The position numbers were made by a program, and so were the translations under genes. Source: Lingula anatina (taxonomy: Eukaryota > Animalia > Brachiopoda). From it: DNA of 64,000 nt. The DNA is taken from positions 8,122,001 to 8,186,000 of the forward strand of contig CM120642.1 in assembly GCA_051362555.1 (NCBI GenBank). The letters run 5' to 3'. The notes under the pieces were generated by a model that was given only the letters and a program-made list of their open reading frames with translations, ran no database searches and had not been told where the DNA came from. Below are positions 1-13,200 of this stretch, piece after piece (the stretch's first letter is position 1; each line of letters starts with the position of its first letter).

Positions 1-332
1 AAAGTCTCTATAATTTTTTTCATCCAAACGTATGTCCCGCCTGATAGAAAATGAAATAGTAGAGATTCGCGTTCAGAAAAGTAAATATTGGCTAGAAATG
101 TGATTATAAAAAAGATAAAGGAAGGCGGTCAACAAAGGAACCTCAAAGGATTGTTGTAAGGGGGAAAGGGGTGTCCTGTGCTTGGGGGTTATTAAGTCAA
201 ATTATTTCTTTTCCTAAAGGTTACAATTTTTCATATAATCCTGAAAGGCACGTGTGTTTCTTGTCATACGTATTGTTAGCTAATATAACACTAAATCATT
301 AATCAACGATACAACCGCAAACATGATTTTAG

Positions 333-333
<1 letters not shown>

Positions 334-381
<48 letters not shown>
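334..381. repeat. (CA)n microsatellite, ~24 units
   Basis: Uninterrupted CACACA run seen directly; it explains the THTHTH ORF at 323-520. Confidence 0.97.
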
Positions 382-386
<5 letters not shown>

Positions 387-3300
387 GTATAAACTTAAAT
401 TCTGTATACTATGAACATGTACGTACACCAAAGGGCGTTAAGAATTTAACAAATCTCTGTACGCGTTTTCTGTGTTCGTTTTTTAAAAGTCGATTTGCTT
501 TAAGAAAACGTGCGCTTTAATCGACCTTTACCCCGGGCTACCAGGTCTCTACATTTTTGTAAAGATATTGTTTAAAGGCATTTTTTGCCTAAAAGCACAC
601 GCCTACTGAATGTGCCAAATAAGAATATTAAAAAATGTTACTTTTAAGGACACCAAGCGTTCGGCTTACCGTAGACCTCGGGGAAAGCAAAGATTCGTCC
701 ATCTCGGTGTCCTTCCTGAACTGGATGGGAGAATTCTCTAACCCTCTGTAACCGACTTCTCGCCCCTTTACCGTCTAGATCAAACTTGTTGAAAGACTTG
801 GTAAACTGAGCAAACTTAAATAATCAGACGCCGTCTCTTGGAAGAGCTAGGGACCACGGATTGCCGATTTAATTAACCTCCAGTCTCCATAGCTCAGAGC
901 TCCGACATCAGCACGACCCGCTAGCAAGACGACAGAAACAACTCACTGTGCAGATTTACGTGACGTCAACGACGGGTAAACACGGTTAGGCGTACACTGT
1001 GGTTACCGGTATGTTTTAGTGGTCCACAGTTTCTAAAACCCTTCGTAAACTTGAATAACTAACACTTAGACAGCAAATCAACTATAATAGACTTCTCTTG
1101 CAATTTTGTTTTAATATTATAGCAACCGTCTTCTATGAAATTACGTCACTGTTTTCCTTCTATCAGTATTACTGGTTTAAGCCTCTATATATTTCCCTAA
1201 AACACAAGTGAGTCACACTTGAGATATGCCATAATAAAGTTTGACACAAACTGTTGCAGCTTTCAGTCATGCAGAGCAAGTTCCACGAAAACTCCCTTGC
1301 TTGCCTTCGGTTGACCACTCCGATTTCCCCACGAAAACAACGCCCGGTGTGCGGTTAGCTACGCTCGACACAGTGCCCGTAACACATATATATATCTCCT
1401 CCGTGTTTACCAACGCATTTGAGTCCCTTACTCTCTACATAGAAACATGATTAGAACCAAGTTGACATAGTTGACATCGTTAAACACACACACCAATACA
1501 AAAGGGGTACAAACTGTTTGGCCAGGCTCTATCATTTACCTTTTTATTAATCACAACATTAAGCAATGGGTGATTAAATGAGGCGTGCTATGGGGTGGTT
1601 TGAGGTGTACTTGATAGCTGGAGTTAAAGCGACATGTTTGTGCAGTATTTGTGTGTGGATTAGGGGACTACCGTGACATTGGAGTGATCAATGGCATAGC
1701 GACGAGGTGCAAAAGTGTAACGCGACATAAAGCAGATCTATGGACTCGTGAAACGTTCCGCTTATTGACAATTAGATTAATTGCGTACTTTAGGTCTCTT
1801 TGTGACGTGAAAAGATATTAATCTACAAGTGTCAATAATATCTATTTTAAAAGGACGTTTTGCATTTACCTAGTAGCATGTACTTTTCATTTGGTGAATT
1901 TACCGTGTGAAAAGTTCAGACATGGACAACTTGATTAATAGTTCAGTCCACCGATTGCATAAATGCAAGAGAACCTGGCAAAAGAAACATTTACCTGTGA
2001 TATAAAATACACTATTTCACACTTGAAACGTTTAAAATAACTTCGGCTGCTTTGTATAATCGCGGTCACGTCCAAAGGTATTCCCTTGCAATATCTGTAA
2101 GGTTACCTATCAAAGGGCTTTTAAGATATAGACGACTAAATTAAATGTCCAGTACGCCCGTTATATAAATACATGTCTGCTTGAAAAAAAAAAAAAATAT
2201 TTGTCTACATTAAAACTCACGTGTAGTGACATTACTTACAAAACTTCTGGATCTTGCCTAAATGCACAATTCTACTGTAGAGGTTATATGCAGTTTGGTT
2301 ACCTTGAATTTTACTTATGATTACGTGGTCCATATTTGTGCTCTTGCAAGCACTTGCATCTGAACGGTCAACTTATATGCGAGGCATAAACAAAGAGAAT
2401 AACGCCAAAAAGAAAAACATTCTTATAATATTTTAGACGAACAATGAAAGAAGAGAGTTCACTTCACACCTGGGAAAAAAAGAGATGGTTTAGACTGACC
2501 TTCTAAAACATTGTGTAGTGTAAGTTAGAAAAGTGGAAATTATATCGACCAATGACGGTATAAAGAAACTCAAGTTTCATGTGAAGGAGTACGGCTCTCC
2601 TTTAGATTCAGACAGGGTTGGGTAAGTGTGACGCAAGTAAGTCAAAATCTAAGACCGAGGCTTACCCGTACAAATGGTATCCGAAAACTGCATCCCAAAG
2701 GACTTGCTAGTACTAGTTTGCCGTGTAGTCTAGTAGAACACAGTGAGAGAACACCACAGTCACATCTATGATGGAAACAATCTGCTTGTACCATATAACG
2801 TGGACTCATAATTGGACCTAATGAGATGCGATCAGAAACGAAAAGTTCCGTGAGCTGTATCAGCCAAAATCCTCATTACACCCAATATTACGAGAGAAAG
2901 GAATTTAAGATTTTAAAAATAAAGAAAAAAAAAAAAAAAAAAAAAAACAAATCTGAACCCTTACCGAAAACGATCAACGAAAAAAGGCGAGAAATACAGC
3001 CTCAGAAAACTGGGAAGCTGGGCACAACTAACACAATCAACACACTTACGGCTCTCTCTCTCACACTCTACCTCTCAGTTGAAAGACGGGTAGCCCTACC
3101 AACTAGGGTGAAGAATGGGTGGAATGTATTTAAAACATGGATGTCATTGTAAAACTTACCTCAGATATTGTTTTATTTCTGGCACCAAGCATTTTAAAAT
3201 TGCTTGTGTTTTACCCAAAGTTTCAATCAAACATTATTAGGTTCGAGAAAAAATGGACCCTATAACTGCACTATCACAACAAAAAGTATGCCTGTTTTCG

Positions 3301-6300
3301 ACATCGATCAATAAAAGTGTACAAATAATTTCTTGTTGAAACAGATGTCGAGTGTAAAATATTCGCTCGATGTGTTGCCTTTATCGCCATTAATATTAGA
3401 ATAGAGAAGTAGGAATAGAGAAATTCATCAACACATTGAAGAAAACACAAAGTGCTCTGGAAGTCGCCTACAGAACTTACGGAAACTGAAAATAGGATAT
3501 GATATTATAATGCAGTAAAATCTACATAATATTTTTTATTCTCGGCTGCCTTCAGATTCCCTTTTTTGTTCCCAGGAAAATGAAAATAAACTGTGTAAAA
3601 GATACCGTTCTCAGTGTATATCGGATGTCATACATGCACAACCATTACCCAAGCTTGTACCTGTAAACAAACACAAAAAAAGGTAGACTAAGCATTGCTA
3701 TTTGTTGGCACATTTCACATGGTTATCTAGAAAATCTTTCCCATGCTAGAAAAGTCAAATATTTATTCATTGCTGTTATAGCACTCAGGAAGTTAATGTT
3801 AAGCGTGAACCTTTCTAACCGATGAGTTGGAAAAACTGTTCATGGTTTTCTTTTCATATTTTACTTTCTGTAAATTTTCCCGAGAAGAAGAAAAACAGGA
3901 TTTACTGTTATAAATATCTTGTTTAAATGCCTCGAATTTTGTGAGTTATTTTTCCTATATACTAAAAAAATTAAATTCTGTCCCTTGAATATAAGCAATC
4001 CAACTTTTTCGTAAAAAATATATATAAAAACACGCACACACACGCGCACACAGAAAAAAAACACGATTACGTATCTACATGTACCTGTATATTCGTGTAT
4101 TTATTGATGAATATACTGTATATAACAAATACATAAACAAACAAGAGCAAACACTGTACAAAGCTTAAGAAAACGTGATGTTTTGCATCACTCCAGTAAC
4201 ACCTATATTGTAAAGTTAACCAAGTTGAACGGTTTCGCGTTTAACCTTGTAAAGATGTTCTTTACGCCTGACTCCTTCAGTATGACTGAAGCGTAATTAA
4301 CCCACGCTTGAGCTGAAAAACTCATTTGGCAGAGACGAGGTGCTCGCTCATACGGCTAGACGGGAATTCCCTCATATTTTTGCCTTACGTGCAGGTACAG
4401 GTACCAGATCCAGTAACCAACCGTCCCACACCCATTCTTCACTGCATGTGCACTGACTGCGCATCCGGCACTTATGCCGGAATCAAAACCATCGCAGAAA
4501 GCGATGTTTAAGTGTACCTGAGAAAGAGATTGGAATGATTAACCTATGATTGCTTAATGTATTGAGGTTGAAACCTCTTTTAAAGGCTTTGCAGCATCGG
4601 CACAGACATTGGGTTAGATAATGGAGGAAAAGGCGTGTAGATTTTTCAATGCAATGTAGTTACATTTGCAGAAAGAAGTAATTGCAACAACAGCCACAAT
4701 TTAACAGCAATGGTAACAGTCTACATGTCGCTAATGTCTGCCTACAAACGCAAATTAATGTTTCCTTGCACGTACACGTATCCAAAGAGCCTAAATAAGA
4801 TGTCTTCAAGACCCGCTGACAAAGGACACGTGTCACCCTTACCTATATGTAGTACATCTCATATCGACGGGTTGTTTGATTACGATACGTACGCTACTGT
4901 CATTGTTGTAACTCGCGTCCCGCTAGATTCAAGGCATATTTAATCAAAGAACGTACGTCTAAAAGTTGGTTTAAACTTTAAAACCAAAATTGTTTTCTAC
5001 TGTGACCCCAAATGAAATAAGTAATAGTCCGATTAAACAGAATACTGCGCTCATTATACAACGAGAAAGATGTGGCTCAGTTTTAGACCGATGGTCATTC
5101 TTTTAAAGGGGACTTTTTCACATTTATACTGAATTGAAATATGCCAAATTTTTTGTTGAAAAGTTAAAACTTTCTTTCGGTCTGATTGTATGCAGCGAGA
5201 GTATCAGTGGCAGACATTTGGCAGAGAGGGGTCTTACTACGTCAGATTGAAACTGGAAAAGGGCTTTTTACGCCCACGACGGAACAGTACATTGACCTTT
5301 CAAAACAAATTACCGTCGTACGTCTTTATATTTAAATTATTAGTATTTTGTTTTACTCGCAAGTAGTCTTGATTTGGACAATATAAAAATATTTTCATTG
5401 ACAGTTATTGAATTATACGTTTTTACCAGATACGCTTCTATCATTAAAATAGAACAACAAACCAAACGTCACATCTTTTGATGTGTTAACAACAAATTGT
5501 ATCGGACTTAAATTGTGTCTGCGCATCAGTTTCCGTAACAATATGTTTACACCTTTCTATAGAGTTAAGTTGCTCGGTCGGTCGCACCTTTTTCCTCATT
5601 TTCAGAATTAAAAAGTAATATTTATAAATTGACGGATAAAGTGCAGGTGAAAATCTGACCGACTGACCAACTATTAACTCTAGCAAACTGATGTAAGAAA
5701 TTGCAAAGAGGACTGGCACGTAGGCAATTTTGAGTCAGTCCAGACGGGAGGGCAATAGTTGACGTCTACTACCAGTCATCAAATGATCCATCAAAACAGA
5801 TACCCGTACTATCTTCTCCATCTAGGCACGTGTGATATCTAGATGAACTGGAGAATGCAATGTAACCGGTCATCTAGAAGCTCCCTGGAGAGAAAACTTG
5901 CCGCAGTCGGAACACCTTTGCGGGAAATAGGCATCAGAAAACGTGTCCTGAAACCCGGTTCAGATTGTTTTCCAAATTCCTCACGATTCACGAATGAGTG
6001 AAAGGGTTTACCTTGAATATACGCCTTCTTATAAATATGGTTTCATTTTTTGTTGTGTTATTATGAAAAAGACTCCGTTACTCATACTGAATATAATGTA
6101 GGCCTAATTATACGCGAGTTAACTTGAACATGACTTCAAATGAACTGCCACCTGTGATTATCCAAATCAAGAATTATTATCAACCATCTTTAAAATCAAT
6201 CAACTACTCAATAATATATAATAACATAAATTAATAAAATATTGAAATAAATATGAGTAAAAAACTGAGAAGAATTTTAGATGGGGAAATTGGGTCTAAA

Positions 6301-9300
6301 TTTAATAAATATGAAATACTATTTGCATTATATATGTTGTTACATCATACGGCATCCTAAAATAAGTGTTCTGATTGTCTAATAAGTAGGCGATATTTCT
6401 CAAAATTTCAAGGCGATGGCCTATATATTTTCAGTAGTAATAAAATGTATTAAAATAATTATCAAAATGTTTTGGTGCATTTTGTTTGTCCTTAAAATAA
6501 ATAAGAACTTGCGCCTCGCGAATTATTTTTGGGGGTGATCAGATATTTACATATGCCCCCATTGGTCAATATTTTTATATCATCTCGTAAAGAAACATCC
6601 ACCTTAACCTTAGGAAAACTCCTTCGCCCCGGCTTCTCTAGTAATTGATACATTGTTGAAATATTGCCTGCCCTCGCCGTATGTTACATCCATCTCCGAC
6701 GTAATTATAGTTCAGCAGCAACTAAAAAACACGACGGTAATTTGTTGTCTGTCATAACAAGGAGTAATGAAGAACTGCAGCAGCGCTGGTGAGAGGGGCG
6801 CACTCAATATACCACGAGTAGAACGGAAAAAAATGCTTCTTTTTCGTATTGTATATGAACTGATAAACAACTCGAAAAGCTTGCAGTAGTTACCTGTAAT
6901 TTTAAAATGGCAATTCTTATCATCTTTTGAAAAAAAGTTCAATACAAATTTGCATATTATCGCGAAACGCTTTCGACCAAATTATCTTGTATCTGGCATG
7001 TTACGTGCACGGGTGCCTGCCACTTTATATATTACTTCTCCTTTATCTTTATTATATGTAAGAGGCAGGATGTATACACTAATTGCTACCTTAGAAAGCA
7101 TATCAGGTACAGGGGTGTTGCGTACAGAAAGGTATGCAAGAGCGAGAGAGAGAGAGAGCGAAATCATCCACGGAATATCCATTATTTTAGAACCGGACGA
7201 AATAGTCTTGATTATGGAATAAAAGATTATTGGAAATCATTTTAACAAAAATATATAATGCACGGATAAATTTTGTATTTCATTAATGTATTTTAGATAT
7301 TTAGGATATTCAGTTATTATTTATCAGTTTTTATTCTGGATCTTACTGGGTAACTATTTGGCCTTTGGTCTGGGTGCATACCTGTAAACAATTTATGGTA
7401 TAGGTACGCAGTCCCTGTGGTGAACTGCTTTGTGTAAGGTGTATCATTTACATGGTTTTAACTTACCGGAACTATTTTTTTGGTAGAACATGTAAGTATA
7501 TAATAAAAAATACTGTTATAGTTGATTTCTTCGATAGGATCGGTCAGCAAATTATTTCATATTTTAAATTACAGGAAACGGGTTGGGCGAAATGCATATT
7601 TGTGTCCCTTGGTGCGGGTTTGTGTGTGCCTTTTTTTTTTTTTTGGACAGACGTAGACAATTAATAAAAAATATGTTCGCTGTTCTTTTTTGCTGAAATG
7701 TTTGAACTAGCAGAAATTCAGATTTTACACCAAAGATGATATGTATCACATCTCAGGTGAAAGTAAACTGTGCAACAATATTTACAATTTGTTCCACATG
7801 CTGCAAATTAGAGAAGAATAAATATGGATACGCAGTTATGAAAAAAATCGGAGCGTTTTGATATTTATTCTCCATTTTTATTGAGAATACCAATGGTCAT
7901 ATCACTTCATATTTCTTGGTGAACAGATGCATAGGTACCTTGCAAGAGAAATGAGGAAATAACTGATAACGAAGCAAGCCACACACCTGTTTTTGTACAG
8001 GTCAGCGTTAAATCAGCCCAGGCTACCTTTGAGTAGAACATGGTGCTGAAATGATATTGCGCGACCTTTTTAAAAATCAAACAGAAAAATAAATGCCGAT
8101 CCTCCCACTCGCGATGAAATAAATTACCTTCAATCTGCCGGTTGGTTTGTTATAGGTAAAATGCCAAATAATATACCTGACCTGGTGCTTTTGATATTTG
8201 ACAATATTTAGATTTCACGTATCAATTTGTTTTTATGTCTATGTAGTTTGTGTTGGTATTGACTTGTACATTTGTATAGTCTTTCACCGCAGATGTGATA
8301 AGTCGTGTAACTATTTTTCCGGAACGATGCCTAATAGATTGTTTTTACCGTGGCTGGTGTCATTTTTTTTGCCTGTACACAAATATACCCATTGATTAAT
8401 ATCAAGGAAGTGTTAATCTGTTGCTCTGCTTAAAATTCCCAGACACTTTGTTTTATTGCACAACACATTGTAGCGATTAAGACGTTATTCATGAAAAACG
8501 CACCTCTGAAAACTGCTCAGATCTATACAGACCACTCAGATTTCAAGGTGATAATTTATTGATATAGATAACTGTCTGTTCTGGTATAAATATCAGCGAC
8601 GCATGTAGTTTTCAACAGCTTTAGTTTCCTGATCCGAAAAGTTACGAGAAACTTATCTTTTTAAATGGTGGTTACGAAAAATAAATGAAAACTTTCCCCT
8701 TTTTCGCAACTGATCCACAAGAGGTGCCATTTATCTTCCAGCACGTGAGAACAGAGCAAAATAAAAGTATTAGCACCGATATTCATCTAATAAGAATAAA
8801 ACACCATGGAACATACATGTACGCCAAGAATGGACAACGGGGGCATAAGAAACATGAGCGACTTTCTCAAAAACGCGCTAATATAACGAATGGAATAATT
8901 TGCAATCGAAAGAGCAGCAATTTTTATCTACCTGTTCTAAACCACTTGAGTTGAAATCTGTCTAAAAGTGAAAAAGGCACAGTAGAGAAACAGAATTAGA
9001 TAATGGCAGCATGTTTGATGTTTATAAATCTTTTTGAAAATAGCCAAGGTGTTGAGATGAAGGGGGTGGTTGTGAGGACATAATTGTCCTAAGAATATTT
9101 ATATATATATAATGCTGCTCAGCAAAATTCTGGGATTACAAATAAGTAAAATATGCGTACACCTGTAATAAACGCTAATCAAATTCACCTGGAAGTGATT
9201 CATTCTTATCGAATGCGAATGCCTGTATGCAAAGAAGAAAGAAAAACAAACTTGTTGATTGTTTTTTTTGTGGAAAACGCACAGAAAGCATTAACCTATA

Positions 9301-9756
9301 CAAAGAAGAATTCTCATCAAAGAAGACAAAAAAGTAGCTGACCGAGATGTTTTTTATACAATTAAAAATATTGAAGGCATTCTATTAATGGGTCAGTTTT
9401 CTATACAAAGACTCACTGTTATGTAAACGCGACAAAGTTTAGAATGAGGCAATCCCCTCCCGCTGGGCGCAGACATGAAAACACGGCTGGAGGAAAACAC
9501 TAGCCTCCTGGTGCTCTGGCAGTGATACAGGCACACGGCACTCAGGTCATTAGGATATACACATATCATAAGAATATTGAAAAAACTAAAGCAGAGAAAT
9601 TCAGAAGAGTGAGAGGCTGCCACAGCAAAGAGAAATGTTTCTGCATATTTGGTTCTCAGCTTAACGGAGGGAATTCCGGGCCGAAAGGTTGTTTTCTGAA
9701 TCAGAGTGATCAGAGATAAATCACCGCGAAGCGAACTGTCTGTCTGTGAGGGTTCT

Positions 9757-10072
9757 CCATATAAGGGTACCCCATGTAAGGATAGCCTAGAATCGGCTGG
9801 AAACCTTCATCTTACGTCAGCCGCTTGGTCTTGAACCTTTGTCTTGTAGCAGCCGACATAGGCTTAAATTGGTAAAATAATGGCGGTTGCACCCCCTGGT
9901 TTTCTCCAAGCGTCCCTGCAGCTCTCATTAAAACCCACCCAAGTCACATGACTCCCGGTCCGTCATCTTCAGCATCTTTACCTTGCAACCCTATATTGGG
10001 CTCCCATCTCTTGCCAGCGCCACCTGGCGGCGATGAGGTATACGTATATAAACACTTTGCAGGGTATTTAAA
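9757..10072 (+). promoter_or_regulatory. Paramyosin proximal promoter with SRF CArG boxes and TATA-like elements
   Basis: Perfect CC(A/T)6GG boxes CCATATAAGG (9757-9766) and CCTATATTGG (9990-9999), and a one-mismatch CCATGTAAGG (9772-9781). TATA-like TATATAAA (~10046) and TATTTAAA (~10065) lie 150-175 bp upstream of the ATG at 10219. CArG/SRF control is established for muscle structural genes. Confidence 0.65.
10015..10030 (-). promoter_or_regulatory. CTCF-consensus motif
   Basis: Minus strand reads CCGCCAGGTGGCGCTG, a close match to the CTCF core consensus CC(A/G)(C/G)(C/T)AG(A/G)(G/T)GGC(A/G)C. Binding is not shown. Confidence 0.45.
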
Positions 10073-10218
10073 GAATTCACAAGCAGGGCTTTATCGCGTC
10101 AGTCTCTTTCTCTCGTCAGCTCAGGATCAGTGGCGTGCGGTTTCTTACAATTTTTTAGCTATACCTTCAATTTTCTTTTGGATCTGTACCCCACAGCACC
10201 CGGGAACCACTAAGAACC

Positions 10219-13200
10219 ATGGCTGATGACAGCATCGTTAAGAGGACCGTCCACAGGACCTACCAGGTCTACCGTGGTGTGTCGCCTTCCTCTAGCAACA
10301 GAATGGAGGTAAGCGGAAGAACGCCAGGGACAATATACAACAAAACAATGCTCATTATGTAATAGTCAAAACAGTCACAGCATGTGACAATATTGAAAAA
10401 GAAAAACAACAGATTATTTTATAACAAGTGATATATCTTTTAATTGAATTTATTGGATATTGCAAAATCATCATGAAAGTTTCTACAGGCTTTGGAAAAG
10501 AAATTTGGTATCGTTTAGGATGACAAACTTTGAAAATATACTTAAAGAAATAACAGGTAACTTACAGGTAGGTGAATACTGACTAGGGACTAGAATGGTA
10601 GAAGAAGCAAGCCAGAAATAAAAATCTTGAATCAACATGGAGGTTGATACTGAAAGGCATCCCGGTCGAAAAACCTTTTACCAAGGAGTTATAACTTCTT
10701 GACTTTCACTATTTATGAATTGCAATATAGAACGTGGTAACCATTCATAACGAAAAGGGTTTCAAGTTATTCCAGGAAGGAAATCGGTTTCATCTAAAAC
10801 TTATACTGCAAGAAAATGCCAGCTATACACAGGTGCAAAAGGCAATGTTACCACTAAACTAGAAAAGAGGCCACGCCCCCAACCTGGCCTGCCTGTTCCT
10901 CCTTTATCGGAAGCTAAAGGATGGCTGCGATTTTTATTTGCTGTTTTTCTTAACCCTTAAAAACCAAACGAAATTATATTTCTTAAGTTAAGACACACTG
11001 AAGTCAGACTACACAGGCATAACCTTATTAATGCCCCTCACCTTTAAGTGTATGCGTTCTATTGAACATTAAGCTCAACAAATATCGATGACGAATTTAT
11101 ATAGAGATCGGTCAACACGTGAAGAGGGGTATAAGGCGACTGATGAGTATGAGGCTATATACAACTGAGAGCCTCGGCAAGTTATCTGAAAATAAAGCTA
11201 TAGAATATCCTAACACACACTCGGTTTGAGGCGATAAAACTTCTCCGATCCGGAGCATTAATATGTAATACTAAACCTTATCTCTCAGATTGCATACGGT
11301 TAGGGTGTATCCTCTACACGAACGGAAACTTCACTAGGATAGGTTTAGAATTTTAGCCCTTTTACCTGGTCAAGTTGGCTTAATGGCAATAGTCTTTCAA
11401 ACGCAGCGGAATTAATCTAGATGAAAAGTGAGAAAAATCTGGGGAAGTAGGACTTCTTAAATTTCTGTTAACCAAGAGAGAGATATAAGACCAAAAAACG
11501 ATAATGATAAAACAAGGGAAAACTTCAAGATAGTGAATACGTTTTCATTTCGAATGTGAAGAGAAGTAAAAGTGATGGGATACAAACCGTCTCGCCTTTA
11601 TCAGCTGGCACTGTTTTTCCATGTATGGAAACCAGTATTAATGTCAGGTCACGGGCAATTTCCCAAACATAATAACATCAAGTATTCCTGCATTAAGTCC
11701 TAAGAAAAGGTGGGATAGGGGATCAACACTGTGTATTTGAGTAGCCCTTTAATTGTTGTCAATATTTAAAGTGCAGTTCAAAAGCGACATAGACTGAAAG
11801 GACTTGGAATGCGCGAGACATTGATGACGGAAGCGATGACGTATAGTGATTGGAAATCCAAAATGGCCGATGGATTTCCTGATTTGACGTTGAGTGATCC
11901 CACACAGCATTGCTCTCCACCTGAGTCAGCCCTCACTGTGGAATTTGCTCCAAGTTAATTGAATGAGTGATTTGGCATTTACCTGTGCCCTGCACCTTCT
12001 TTATACGTACTTCATATATTTCTTTCATTTCTACACTGAGTCCAAAGAAACGATGGTGTATTCTGTCCACAAATCAAATCAGCATACAGTATCATGATCA
12101 GAAAGGCCTGTCTGCACTGTACTTAATACTGCACTGAACTTAATAGACTTCTCTCTAAGTTGTTTCAGTCTTTTGAAATACAGTAAAGGGGTATGGACAT
12201 CGGGCCTTTTATTTCTAAATCTTGAGAAATGGCGCACCGGTTTTCTGTCCAAACAAGCCCAAACAAACATATGACAATATTTGCAAAGCCAGCCTAATGC
12301 AGCTTCAGGTTACAAAACATATCTTTCAGCTGAATAACTTCTCCTTGAAGTAATCGGCATACGGTTAGGATCAGTCTGGTTGAAGATGCCCCAAAGATAA
12401 AAATAGGGAAAAACATATCTTCACATTTCTGCAGAGGCATTAAACGACCAAAATAGAAGGGAAACGGTTGATGTTTCTAGCTAGGCACTGAACATAATTT
12501 ACGGAAGCTTACAAATCGTTCAGACGCTCTGGTGGGGCTTAAGTTAATGTGTAGGATGCTATCTCCTCACATCCCGAATATCTGGTTTATTTTTGTGCAA
12601 TGTAGTCATTACATAAGATAAACACTGGTAGGGATGATCATGCTTTTCGCTCAAGCTAGTTCATCGAATAACAACCCATAGCATATTATTCCCGATTTCT
12701 GTCATTGATAAAAAGTGAGGCGGATTAAGAGGTAAAGTGTTCCCCTATTCACTTAGCAGGGAGGAAAACCATTCGAAGCGTACCCTTGTAAAAACGCTAA
12801 CCTTTAACTGCAACGCTTGGGTACGGCTGAATATAATTATGGCGAGGAATAGCATTACATGAAAGGTCAGAACATAATTTGGCTGGAAGAGAGAGCTAAA
12901 CAACCTGTATAATCTACAAATGATTTGTTTATTTATGCAAACGTGAAGGTGGAATGGAAAAAAGAAGATCCAATTTGTCTGTGAAAATATCAATGTTCTA
13001 TATTTGTGAAGAAAAGAGGGGGTGAATTACAACTTTAAATCCTGAGGCAAGGAATGATTCAATATCACCCGAAAAAAGATAAGATGGACCCCAAACAGTT
13101 AAATATAAGCCCATCCTATTTTTTGCACACACCTTAGTCTATAAGACTCTTCATCTTGTGTCTGCACACAAAAACTGCTCTTAACTCAATACGAGCGCGT

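Noticed and set aside
1-9700. Short ORFs upstream of paramyosin (e.g. 323-520, 2826-3152, 6950-7222)
   Set aside because: Driven by microsatellites or poly-A runs, or compositionally random; no exon chain or domain could be supported.
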